Shown: positions 51,901-60,390 of the stretch, piece after piece
How the letters are laid out: every line of letters starts with the position of its first letter
Position numbering within the stretch: the stretch's first letter is position 1
Assembly: GCF_963921235.1 (NCBI RefSeq)
Contig: NC_086097.1
Location: 149,174,001 to 149,238,000 of the forward strand
Source of the DNA: Mobula hypostoma
Taxonomy: Eukaryota
DNA length: 64,000 bases
Direction of reading: 5' to 3'
Made by a program: the position numbers and the translations under genes
Notes under the pieces: generated by a model
What the model saw: only the letters and a program-made list of their open reading frames with translations
What the model was told of the DNA's origin: nothing
The model's database searches: none

Positions 51901-54283
51901 GAGTTGAGTCTGCTGATCCTTCAGAAGATCCTCGCAGACCTCTCTTCTGGCCATGGTAAATTACCTTCATCTGCTCAAAAGTGTCGTACCTGCATTCCCG
52001 AGATTCAAGACTTCTAAGTCCTTCAGAAGATCGTGAATTTGCTAGTTTGCCAGTTACTTAAAGGGAAATTACAGGATGTAGGTTGCAGCAATGGTAGTTT
52101 AGGAGGAGTGTATCTGGAAGTTTTGTGAGCTGCCTGAAAAATGTCAGCATGTATCACCAGCGCCATTTGGGAATTTGTAGTCACTGAGTAAGAGAATGGG
52201 GTAAAATCATAAAACCTTTCTCTTTCCTGAAAACTGTGAACTTTATGAACTGTTCCACAATAAGCCTGAGGAGATCACAGTTAAATAAAGTAGGGATATT
52301 GTAAGCACATGAAATTTTGTAGGAGACCCATGACGACATGAAGGAAGTCCTCCTATGTTGAAACTGAAAAAGCTTTGATTTTTTTTTTATTTTTCTCTGT
52401 AGACAAACCAATGCAGTTGAACCAGGCTATCTTCACCATGAATGGGAAATGTGGGTACGTGTTGCATCCTGACATCATGAGGGATGAAAACTTTGACCCC
52501 TTTGACAAAAGCACTCTCAAAGGTGTGGAACCAATCACCATTCAGCTTCAGGCAAGTACCAACCATTTTATTTTACCATATCTTGATAATGTATCCTGAA
52601 AGAAAATGGAACATTCAGAGAGAATTCTAAACTTCCACGTGAGAAAGAAAAGAACACATTAACAGTGAAGACAAGAGAGTTCTATTACCTGCTCCATCCA
52701 CACTAATCATTCTAATTTTCACAGTTCTGCTTGACCGGTTTTTGAGGGAAATGTCAAATTCAGTTTATGTTCTTAGTGGGATGTCAAAAAGACCCTAGCA
52801 TTAATTTACTGAGGCTTTGTCAGATAACAGCTGAGGACTTCTTCTCATTAAGCTGAAGCAGATTTGAGGTTGGGCAGAACTTCAGCAGTTTAGGTCAGGA
52901 GAAGAAAATCGCTTGAGCTTTAGAAGTGATGCATAGGAGGGGGTGGGAAAGACTAAGGCCTAGTATGGAGGAGGGATGCGGCAGGGACAATATCTGATGT
53001 GGCCACTGGGCAGGAGTACTGGTGTTGAACAATAATACAATAGTGGTATTTAAGAGCCTTTAGATAGGCATATGAATATACAGGGAGTGGAGCAATATGG
53101 ATCATGTGCAGCCAAAATTAGTTTAATTTGGCATCTTATTCAATACAAACATCATCTGCCGAAGGGCCTGTTACTGTGCTGGACTGTTCGGCATTCTGTG
53201 TCATAGTAAACTGATGACATAGCAATATTATATAATGTTATGGCAAGCACAGTCATGTTTTATGCACAAAACCTTGTGGTTGCAAAAAATGCATAATTCT
53301 CTGGGATAGTACCATGTACAAGTTACAAAATCTACTTCACCTTTTCCTGAAACTCTGCTTCATTCCCTCTGCCCTTCAGCTTTCTCTGTTCATTATCTGA
53401 AATTAGATACCTGGTTGTTATCTAGTAGTAGCTACTTGTGCGAAAGAGAGATGTCCTTTCTTTATACCGTATATGTTGTAGCTGTCCAGAGTATGCCTGA
53501 AATGTATGAAGTCAGATATTTACAGGAACCAGATTTGTCCATTTTATACCAAGGTATAGTCCTTCTCAAGGTAGTTTTCTGCCCCTACCAACCCCCATGA
53601 GAATCAATTATCCTCTGTCTACCTCACCATTATTAAAACAATACATTGCAAACTTGAACCATTTACCCTGCAGCATCTCTGCACGAATGTTTTCAATCAA
53701 TACCATGCAATTCTCTTTCTCCTCTATCCTGAAGATTTTCACTGACGAAAGCTATTTTTGAATATGCTTTCACCCCTTTTAGTTCATGCATTCTAGATTA
53801 TATTGACTTATTGTATAAAACAATTTTTTCTGCATTTTTTTCTCTTTTGCAATTATTGAAGTCCAAGTAAATAATTTAAATTAGATTTTTATCTATAATC
53901 CCTCAGAGATCATGGGTTTGAATTAGGAATGGGAACTATTAATTATGTCTGTCCATTAGCCCAGACTTCAGTAAACTATTGCACCATATACTGACTGGAA
54001 TGTTTTTTTTTGTCTCATGCTGAATGACTGCATTTACCAGAGAGCTACTGGGTACCAGTTAGGGGATAATATTTACTGAGCTGAAGTAATTTTGGAGTTC
54101 TTCCTCCTATTAAGAAGAGTGAGTTGTGGACCTGAGTCTTTATTAAGTCTTCTCTCTTAAACTGACAGATCTTGGGAGCACGACACTTGCCCAAGAATGG
54201 GAGGAGTATCGTTTGTCCGTTTGTTGAGGTGGAGGTTTGTGGAGCTGAGTATGACAACAGCAAATACAAGACTGAGGTGGTGG
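6865..54283 (+). CDS. PLCG1: Phospholipase C gamma 1 (or PLCG1-like paralog), partial multi-exon CDS, 15 exons, 2017 nt; gene continues beyond both window ends
   Basis: Exons joined at AG/GT(GC) sites give one open frame with consistent phases. It matches human PLCG1 from HKKL... to ...KTEVV (split PH, 2x SH2, SH3, Y box, start of C2). Confidence 0.95.
7993..8100 (+). CDS. PLCG1: PLCG1 exon: [36 protein letters not shown] (split-PH N half)
   Basis: ctttgcag acceptor, gtttgc donor; 108 nt; matches human [21 protein letters not shown]. Confidence 0.93.
8340..8745 (+). mobile_element. Old CR1 fragment (host of the young CR1; resumes at about 10680-10760)
   Basis: RPVTSGV, HVNDLD and KCEVMHFG motifs; continues as ...VMLQ...[12 protein letters not shown] after 10680. 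Confidence 0.7.
8746..10665 (-). mobile_element. Young 5'-truncated CR1 LINE with near-intact ORF2 RT (9180-10583 plus 8844-9149, one in-frame stop)
   Basis: [40 protein letters not shown]; tail (TTTCTATG)n at 8746-8770. Confidence 0.95.
11621..11808 (+). CDS. PLCG1: PLCG1 exon: [63 protein letters not shown] (nSH2 part 1)
   Basis: catcag acceptor, gtaggt donor; 188 nt; FLVRES SH2 motif. Confidence 0.95.
11932..12494 (+). mobile_element. Rex1/Babar LINE 3' fragment
   Basis: [10 protein letters not shown]..., [14 protein letters not shown]..., YFPQAVRLIN-type C-terminus; tail tcttgaatcttgaa. Confidence 0.75.
12850..13270 (+). mobile_element. Degenerate Penelope-like RT fragment
   Basis: Remnants of VAM...[25 protein letters not shown] and LDYVSSHP. 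Confidence 0.55.
14020..16090 (+). mobile_element. CR1 LINE with ORF1 (GDSL esterase-like) and endonuclease, internally deleted at about 15500 and joined to the RT C-terminal part
   Basis: VIGD..., [48 protein letters not shown]; jumps from KEPLG to [18 protein letters not shown]. Confidence 0.85.
16391..16625 (-). mobile_element. Short RTE/BovB-related (Bov-A / Sauria-SINE-like) element
   Basis: Minus strand GAAGGCAATGGCAACCCACTTC...TTGCCAAGAAT...CATGGA resembles the Bov-A/BovB terminal motif. Confidence 0.55.
17423..17623 (+). CDS. PLCG1: PLCG1 exon: [67 protein letters not shown] (nSH2 part 2)
   Basis: tacag acceptor, gtgagt donor; 201 nt, phase 2-2. Confidence 0.95.
18536..18655 (+). 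CDS. PLCG1: PLCG1 exon: [40 protein letters not shown] (cSH2 part 1)
   Basis: attag acceptor, gtgagt donor; 120 nt. Confidence 0.95.
19440..20738 (-). mobile_element. 5'-truncated CR1 LINE (RT to 3' end, frameshifted)
   Basis: [32 protein letters not shown]; tail (TTCTTATG)-like at 19440-19465. Confidence 0.93.
20920..21103 (+). CDS. PLCG1: PLCG1 exon: [61 protein letters not shown] (cSH2 part 2)
   Basis: ttccag acceptor, gtaagt donor; 184 nt. Confidence 0.95.
22014..22158. mobile_element. Inverted-repeat (hairpin) derivative of a Penelope-like terminal repeat
   Basis: caacaaacaatct...tctgtggga / tcccacaga...agattgtttgttg arms; gatgctgct..ctgctgagttcctcca motif shared with other copies. 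Confidence 0.65.
22234..22311 (+). CDS. PLCG1: PLCG1 exon: [26 protein letters not shown] (cSH2-SH3 linker with Y771/Y775/Y783 equivalents)
   Basis: ttcttccag acceptor, gtaaga donor; 78 nt; matches human EPDYGALYEGRNPGFYVEANPMPTFK. Confidence 0.94.
22461..23730 (+). mobile_element. Young 5'-truncated CR1 LINE (RT to 3' end, single stop at 22902-22904)
   Basis: ORFs 22458-22904 and 22905-23639 in the same frame; QGSVLGP, WNALP; tail (CTATTGT)n. Confidence 0.95.
24200..24303 (+). CDS. PLCG1: PLCG1 exon: [35 protein letters not shown] (SH3 part 1)
   Basis: cttctag acceptor, gtgagt donor; 104 nt; ALYDY SH3 motif. Confidence 0.95.
26183..26464 (-). mobile_element. V-SINE (HE1-like) inserted in CR1
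   Basis: gtacatctttggactgtgggaggaaa...cacctggagaaagccca is the reverse V-domain; atttattt tail; tRNA-like head near 26390-26464. Confidence 0.75.
26998..27470 (-). mobile_element. Young CR1 3' fragment, same subfamily as 8746-10665
   Basis: ORF 27088-27471 is nearly identical to 8844-9149; (TTTCTATG)n tail; host CR1 sequence gtagtaat|ggggac is interrupted, with taat on both sides. Confidence 0.93.
29590..30040 (+). mobile_element. Old CR1 3' fragment
   Basis: [32 protein letters not shown]. Confidence 0.65.
30741..30837 (+). CDS. PLCG1: PLCG1 exon: [32 protein letters not shown] (SH3 part 2)
   Basis: atcag acceptor, gtaagc donor; 97 nt. Confidence 0.95.
32287..32353 (+). CDS. PLCG1: PLCG1 exon: [22 protein letters not shown] (split-PH C half start)
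   Basis: Long pyrimidine tract + ccgcag, gtgagt donor; 67 nt; ENSPLG motif. Confidence 0.92.
32812..33025 (-). mobile_element. Rex1/Babar 3' end
   Basis: Closely similar to 48954-49170 (aagttcaaag..ttattatcaaagt..ctgagat.cattttctt..cagaatcaatgaaa). Confidence 0.75.
33030..35788 (+). mobile_element. Degenerate R4/Dong-clade (restriction-like endonuclease) non-LTR retrotransposon
   Basis: [75 protein letters not shown]-x2-C...HI..SC zinc knuckle, DRTIHNN.LDII. Confidence 0.85.
35784..36325 (-). mobile_element. Rex1/Babar RT C-terminal fragment
   Basis: [45 protein letters not shown] at about 36235-36255. Confidence 0.88.
40823..40972 (+). mobile_element. Solo Penelope-like terminal repeat (pLTR) inserted in CR1
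   Basis: Near-identical to 49995-50128; TSD catgag(g/a)aggagtt at 40809-40822 and 40973-40986. Confidence 0.85.
40875..40910 (+). ncRNA. Minimal type I hammerhead ribozyme motif (Penelope-type), core intact
   Basis: agtc-CTGACGA-agggtctgagccc-GAAA-cGTC-gact: stem I agtc/gact, stem II ggg/ccc, helix III reduced to the palindrome ACGT. Confidence 0.75.
41686..41816 (-). mobile_element. Penelope-like pLTR fragment with mutated hammerhead (GAAA>AAAA)
   Basis: Minus strand agtc-CTGATGA-agggtctcggtcc-AAAA-cgtt-gact at 41781-41816. Confidence 0.75.
41885..41968. repeat. CT-rich low-complexity / (CT)n tract
   Basis: Direct reading of the sequence. Confidence 0.85.
42114..42277 (+). CDS. PLCG1: PLCG1 exon: [55 protein letters not shown] (split-PH C half)
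   Basis: tgacag acceptor (phase 1 fits previous exon), gtaagt donor; 164 nt; LDVAADSQE motif. Confidence 0.9.
42765..42930. mobile_element. Hairpin derivative of Penelope pLTR (degenerate)
   Basis: ggcagcatctatggaa...aaacag / ctgttt...catagatactgcc arms around a degenerate hammerhead. Confidence 0.65.
43375..43471 (+). CDS. PLCG1: PLCG1 exon: [32 protein letters not shown] (Y box start)
   Basis: aacag acceptor, gtaagt donor; 97 nt. Confidence 0.95.
43680..44310 (+). mobile_element. Penelope-like (Neptune-type) GIY-YIG endonuclease fragment
   Basis: [75 protein letters not shown]. Confidence 0.88.
45260..45630 (-). mobile_element. RTE-clade LINE C-terminal fragment
   Basis: Minus strand [26 protein letters not shown]....[25 protein letters not shown]. 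Confidence 0.7.
45872..46096 (+). CDS. PLCG1: PLCG1 exon: [23 protein letters not shown]...[37 protein letters not shown] (Y box)
   Basis: ctgcag acceptor, gtatcc donor; 225 nt; PI-PLC Y-box motifs DSSNY and ALNFQT. Confidence 0.96.
46290..47390 (+). mobile_element. Degenerate CR1 RT to 3' end
   Basis: [45 protein letters not shown]. Confidence 0.85.
48057..48172 (-). mobile_element. Deu-domain SINE relic (AmnSINE1/SacSINE1-like)
   Basis: gttaattgaaggttaaataatggg...gtgtcatgggatctttt.cgccatctgaaatgacagacacagggctcagtttaa resembles the reverse Deu domain. Confidence 0.5.
49404..49439 (-). ncRNA. Hammerhead motif in the inverted pLTR, core mutated (CTGACAA)
   Basis: Minus strand agtc-CTGACAA-agggtctccaccc-GAAA-cgtc-gact. 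Confidence 0.6.
50041..50076 (+). ncRNA. Minimal type I hammerhead ribozyme motif (Penelope-type), core intact
   Basis: agtc-CTGACGA-agggtctgggccc-GAAA-cGTC-gact. Confidence 0.78.
52403..52551 (+). CDS. PLCG1: PLCG1 exon: [50 protein letters not shown] (Y box end); GC donor
   Basis: ctgtag acceptor; 149 nt; ends at CAG|gcaagt, which is needed to stay in frame with the next exon. Confidence 0.93.
54169..54283 (+). CDS. PLCG1: PLCG1 exon: [38 protein letters not shown] (C2 domain start)
   Basis: tgacag acceptor, gtaagt donor; 115 nt. Confidence 0.95.
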
Positions 54284-54779
54284 GTAAGTGAGACTTCTGC
54301 TTGAATCATATGGCAATACATTTTACTTTTCTTCCCTGTACTTTTTTTTAGAGTCATGCCCATGTCAATTATCACACGCCATCTGTCATGTGACCGTCTA
54401 TATAAATTGTTGATCCATTATCTTCTATATCTAGGTAATATAACTGCTTGTCTAGATAATTATTAAATGTTGTTGTAGCACTTGCCTCAACCACACATTC
54501 CACCTACACTGGAGTGAAAATAATTCATCCTCAGATCCCCTTTAAACTCCAAGCAAAACAAACTCAATCCATCCTGGCTCCCCTTGTAGCCAAATTGCTC
54601 CATCCCTGGCAACTTCCTAGTGAGTCTCTTCTGTACCCTCATGTTTTCTCCCTTAATAATTGATATTAATACAGCTAATTCCAAGCAGGAATGGGAAAGG
54701 GTGGTAGGGAGTTGTGATACATCATTCAGGAATTCATCATATTAATCCTGAAGATTAAAATCAACTAATAAAATCAATT

Positions 54780-55372
54780 TGGGGCATTGAGGAGAGGAGT
54801 TAGCAAGTGTCGTTTCAATTATACAAGATATTGGTAAGGCCACACTTGAATTATTCTGTACAGTTTCAGTCACCTTGTTATAGACAAGGTGTTATTAAAC
54901 TGGAAAATATGCAGAAATATTTAGCGGAATACTGTCTAGATTTGGAGGTTGAGTTAGAAAGAGAGATTGCGTAAAGTAGGACTTTATTCCCTGGAGACTG
55001 AGTGGTGACATGATAAAGGTATATAAGGTCGTAAGGGACATAGACAGGGTGAAAGCAAATTGTCTTATTCCCAGGGAGGGGGTGGTTAAAAACAAGAGAG
55101 CATAGGTTTAAGATCAGAGGTGAGAGATTTAAAAGGTACATCAGGGGCATTTTCTTCATATTAAGCGTAGTGCATATTTGGAATGAACTGCCAGAGTTGT
55201 GGTTGAAGTGGGCACATAACCAACATTTAAAAGCCATCTAGATAAGTACATAAACAGGAGATGTTTAGAGGGCTAAGTGCCAAACGTGGACAGATGGGAT
55301 TAGTTCACAGGGCAACACAATCAGCATGGAACAATTTAGACTGAAGGGCCTATCTCCATGTTGTATGATTCT
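54780..55372 (+). mobile_element. Old CR1 3' fragment
   Basis: LYKILVRPHL.Y.VQFQSP, GDMIKVYKV, IWNELP and CR1 3'UTR. Confidence 0.75.
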
Positions 55373-55899
55373 AATAACATCCTCATCTGACACACACAGT
55401 CAGGTTCAGATGTGGCATGAAATTAATTTTACTTTGATCAACATCCTACTCAAAATAAAAACATGTTGCATATTGGAAATTGTAATAAAACAGATTATGT
55501 GGAAAACTCTCAGCAAGTCAGCAACATCTGTGGAGAAAGTAGGGTTAATAATTCAGACCATTTGTCAATAATCCGAACGTCATGTTTTCTCTGTTTGTTT
55601 GCTTTAGAAGAATTTCTACTCAAAATGGTCAAAGGTGAGTGCAGTATTGATCAGATACAAAGTTCAAACAGCATCTGTGAGAGAACTATAGTTAAACTTT
55701 TAGAGAAATAGGCTCGTGACTTTGCATCTGAACTGAACAAAATACAGGGGTAGATATGTTTCAAAATACAAATAAAGGAGAGATTAAAAGAAAAATTATG
55801 ATAAACTGGAAGAAGAGATTAAATGATAAACATGTTAGGCAAAAGAGGATGTTAACATGGTAAGTAAAGTATCAAAAGATGTGTTGAGAGGAGGTGTAA

Positions 55900-56160
55900 A
55901 TGGAAAGGTCAGATCATTATCTGAAATTGTTGAATCCATTGTTGAGTTTGGAAGGCTCTCAGAAGCCTAACCAAGAGGGAAGGTGGTGTTTCTCGAGCTT
56001 CATAGGAGCAGTTTAGGGATTCAAGGACATGGAAGTCAGAGTGGAACAGTGAATTGAAACAACAAGTGGCAGGACCCTTGGTGTCCTTTTTGCGGGCTGA
56101 ATGGAGATGTTCCTAAGCAGTCACCCTGTCCCTGTTACACCTCCTAAGTTGAAAGATTGT
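55900..56160 (-). mobile_element. Degenerate Penelope GIY-YIG C-terminal fragment
   Basis: Minus strand ..CCFNS..HSDF.., KLEKHHL..WLG...PSKLNNGFNNFR. Confidence 0.55.
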
Positions 56161-56174
56161 AAGCATAACTCTAG

Positions 56175-56375
56175 CAAAATACATAAAGTACTGGAGGAAT
56201 TTAACAAGTCAGGCAGCATCTGTGGAGGGGAATAAACAGTTCACGTTTCGGCCCGAGACCCTTCATCAGGATTGTTTATTACTCTGTATAGATGCTGCCT
56301 GACTTGCTGAATTCCTCCAGCATTTAGTGTGTGTTGCTTAAAATTCCCAGCATATGCAGAATCTCTTGTGTTTAT
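56175..56375. mobile_element. Hairpin (MITE-like) Penelope pLTR derivative with a hammerhead motif in the loop
   Basis: Arms ctggaggaattt.acaagtcaggcagcatct...aataaaca / tgtttatt...agatgctgcctgacttgctgaattcctccag; minus-strand CTGATGA-agggtctcgggcc-GAAA-cgtg at 56240-56270. Confidence 0.8.
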
Positions 56376-57308
56376 GATAAATAAATTTCCGCTTTGTCTG
56401 AAAGGAGCTTGTGGGATCCCAGGCTGTAGGGAGGGGAGAGGTAAAAGCACAGGTATTGCAGTTTCTGCGCTTGCACGGAAGGGTACCATAGGAAGGAGAC
56501 CTGTTGTGCTGAGGACAAAATCAAAGTGTCATGAAGGAAACACTCCCATTGGAATGCTGAATAGTGAGAGAAAGGGAAGTGTGTTCAGTGAAAGGAGAGG
56601 GGAATCAATCCAAGAATGTCAAAAGGAACATCCCTTTGAAGCTGCAGTTCATTTTGCATCACCACCAAAAGCATCTCCCTTTCTCATGGCACCTTGAAAT
56701 GCAACTAAAGGAGATAGAGTGCCAAATATAATTGACTTAAAACATTCATTTTGCTTTCTGCTACACATTACTAACCTGTTGAGCATTTCTGGCATTTTTA
56801 GAATTCATTTCAGACATAGAGCATCCATGGTATTTTATTTGTGTATTGGCTAACTGAACATTGGCTGACAATTGCATCTGAGATCTTCTATGTGTTTTAA
56901 TGTTACACTGTAAGTGCCTTTATTTCCTCAGGTTGGGTCAGCTGTTGAATAAATTCTGTTACGTTACATGTCTTTTGCTAAAACACATAATATATGGGAC
57001 CTCTTAAGTGATTTGCAGTGAGATTTTTGGCAAATTTTTCATGAAGCAGCACAAGGCATTGCTTTATTTGCTTTGTGTGGTTTCTCTTCCACTGCAAATA
57101 GTCAGAAGAAGAGCTATAAATAGAACATATTTTATCAAAGGCAGTATCATTCAAATAAACTGCTCTATCTGAATGCAACAATATATCATGAATCCTACAG
57201 TACGTGTGAAGCAAACTGACTCTTTAAGATTTCTGCACACATATTCACTGTTCTCCCTTTAAAAAATGAAATAAACCCACACAATTAAACTACACACATG
57301 AAAGTCTA

Positions 57309-57330
57309 CAATTAATTAATTAATTAATTA
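57309..57330. repeat. (AATT)n microsatellite
   Basis: caattaattaattaattaatta. Confidence 0.85.
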
Positions 57331-58059
57331 CGAATTCACTCAATTTTTTCACATGTTCCTTCACTGAACATTTACATTGCAAACTTTACTTGATATCTCT
57401 GAAGTATGCCTCCCAGGCATGAGTAATTTCAATGTTTCAATTCGCTAGGTAGATCTCCCATACCTCTTGTCTCACATAATGTTTTGCAATTGTTGCCTCA
57501 ACATAGTTGGTTTGAATGACTTTGAATATGCTGTAATTTGGATCACACTCTTCGTGTTACCTATAGAGAGTTCAATAACTGTTATCAACAACTACACAAG
57601 TCACAATTGTACATTGTATTTGGAGTGGATATCATAGCTCTCTGCCTTTATGCCTCTGCTTTTATACTGTGTTGCATCTGAGCTTCCACCCTGACTCATT
57701 GTAGGCATTGAACCTTTCTTCCGTTCTGACATTTCCTCCAACGTTACTTCATCACTTCTCACGAAGGCTGTTAACACTGACATGATTGTTCTATCACAGT
57801 TTGAATCTATTCCATTGGACATTAATGACATGTAACATCTTTCACTGGATGTTCAGAGTTTTGAGCTGCTTCCATGTGGCATTGCTGCTGTGCTTGATAC
57901 GGTCCTTGAGACAATTCCATGAATAAGAATTTTTCCTCAGAACTCTCACAGACTCATCTTTACCATCTATACCATCCTTGTTCAACCCGATCAGTAACAC
58001 CACACTGCAGCACCGTATGCTGAATCAATTACTTCATAGAAGTAATTGGCTCAGCATAG

Positions 58060-58460
58060 TGTCATAGAACACTACAATAAAATAATACGCCCTTTGGCCC
58101 ATCTGGTCCATGCTGAACTCTTAATCTGCCTTGTTCCATCGACTAGTACCCAGACCATAGCCCTTCATACTCCTCTCATCTATGAACCTATCCAAATTTA
58201 TCTTAAGTGTTGAAATCAAACTCACGTCCACCACTTCTGCTGGCAGCTTGTTCCAATTTCCCACCGCCCTCTGAGTGAGGAAGTTCCCCCTCATGAACCC
58301 TTTAAACATTTCACCTTTCACCTTTAACACATGACCTCTAGTTGTAGTCTCACACAACCTCAGTGGAAAAAGCCTGCTTGCATTTCCCCTATCTATACTC
58401 CTGATAATTTTGTAAACCTCTGTTAGGCATTTATATACCTTTATTTTGTATACCTCTATT
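58060..58460 (-). mobile_element. CR1 3' fragment
   Basis: EVYKIIRSIDR..LFPLR..TRGH.LKVKG..WNKLPAEVV. Confidence 0.85.
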
Positions 58461-58489
58461 GTCAATATATTAGGCACTCAGCAGGGGGG

Positions 58490-60390
58490 AAATGAAAAGA
58501 AGCGAGGTGTAAGCAGAGTGGCCATTGTGTGTGTAGACAGTGTTAGAGTGGTCAGGCAAAGCCAATGAGCTTGGACATGTACAGGCAGAGGTTCTAAGTA
58601 AGTAAGAAGGTTTCTGGTAAGTTGTTTTTTTCCTCTATAAATGCATAGCTAGTGCACTGAGAATGGGTCCAGAGTTACTGGTATGTTTCTTGTGTGAGTT
58701 GTGGGAACTTTGAGAGACCTCCAGTCACCTTGATAACTACATCTGCATGAAGTGCACTGAGCTGCAGCTCCTTAGAAACCATAGGACTGGAGCTGCAACT
58801 GGATGACCTTCGGCTCATATGGGAAAATGAGAAGGTGATAGGTAGGAGCTACAGGGATCTAGTCACCCCTGTCGCAGGGGGCAGGTAACTGGGTGATTCC
58901 ATAATAGGAGTAGCAGGCAGCAGATTCTGTGTGTGAAAGAGACACCTGGATCATATGTTACTTCCAAGGTGCCAGGATCAGGGATGTCTCAGATTGGGTC
59001 TACAGCATTCTAAAGTGGGAGGGTGAACAGCTGGAAGCAGTGGTATATATTGCTACCAACAACATAGGTAAGAAAAGGTCCTGAAGAGTGAATATAAGGA
59101 GTTAGGTAAAAGGTGAAAAGCAGGTCTTCCAGGGTCTGCTTGCTTCCTGTCCCACGTGCTAGTAAAAGTAAAAATAGAATGATTTGGCAGATGAATGTGT
59201 GGCTGAAGAATTGGTGCCGGAGGCAGAGTTTCAGTTTTCTGGAATATTGGGATCTATTCTGGGGAAGCTACGACATGTAGAAAAGGGATGTATTACACCT
59301 GAATCCAAGGAGGGCCGGTATTCTTGTGGGCAGGTTTGCTAGAGCTGTTGGAGAAGGTTTAGACTAATTTAGCAGGGGGGTGGGAACCAGAGTGATAGGG
59401 CCGAGAATGGGAATAAGGTAGATGATCTTGTAGCACAGTTAGAGATTGTCAGGTACGATGTTATGAAGATTGCTGAGTCGTGGCTGAAAGAAGATCATAG
59501 TTGTGATCTTAACATCCAAGGATACACATTGTATCCAAAGGACAGGCAGGTAGAGAGAGGGGTTGGGGTGGCTCCGTTGGTAAAAAATGAAATCGAATCT
59601 TAGAGGTGACATGGGATTGGAAGATGTAGCATTCTTCGGGGTAGAGTTAAGAAACTGCAAGGCTAAAAGACCCTGATGGGAGTTATATACAGGCCTCTGA
59701 ACAGATTAGAATGGAAATAGAAAAGCCACATAAAAAGTGCAATGTTACGATAGGCATGGAAGATTTCAATATGCAGATAGATTAGAAAAAATCAGATTGG
59801 TGCTGGATCATAGAAAGCGAATTTGTATAATACCTACCAGATGGCTTTTTAGAGCAGCTGCGGTTGAGTCCACTAGGGGAAAGGCAAATCTGGAATGGGT
59901 TTTGTGTAATGACCCAGATTTGATAAGGGTCCTCGAGGTAAAAGAACCCAGAGAAGACAGTGATTATAATCTGACGGAATCCACCCTGAAGTTTGAGAAA
60001 GAGAAGCTAAAATAAAGTGTATCAGTATTACAGAGAACTTAAGGGAGTTACAGAGGCATGGGAGAGGAGCTGGTAAAATGTAATTGGAAGGGGCACTAGC
60101 AGGAATGATGGCAGAACAGTAACAGCTTGAGTTTCTGGGAACAATTTGAAGACACAGGAAATATACATCCCAAAGACGAAAACATTTTCTAAAGGGAGGT
60201 TGAGGCAATCGTGGCTGACAAGGGAAATCAAAGACATCATAAAAGCAAAATTGAGGGCATATAAAATAGCAAAAAACAGTGGGAAGGTAGAGGACTGGGA
60301 TGGTTTTAAAGAACAATTTTAAAAGCCACAAAGAGAGAAAAAATGACATATAAAGGTAAGATCGCCAGCAATATCAAAGAGGATACCAAA
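58490..60390 (+). mobile_element. CR1 5' portion (5'UTR, ORF1 zinc finger/esterase, endonuclease), interrupted by L1
   Basis: VCFLCELWE..NYICMKC, NVWLKNWCRRQSF.FLEYW, AESWLKE, NLEWVLCND, KIASNIKEDTK. Confidence 0.82.

Larger units (their letters stand above)
48954..52170 (-). mobile_element. Rex1/Babar LINE with both ends (APE domain, RT, 3'UTR), decayed and internally deleted, hosting a Penelope insertion
   Basis: [76 protein letters not shown]; 5' end ccaaatggcg. Confidence 0.88.

Noticed and set aside
53725..53760. cctgaagattttcactgacgaaagct as another hammerhead
   Set aside because: No convincing stem I or stem II pairing
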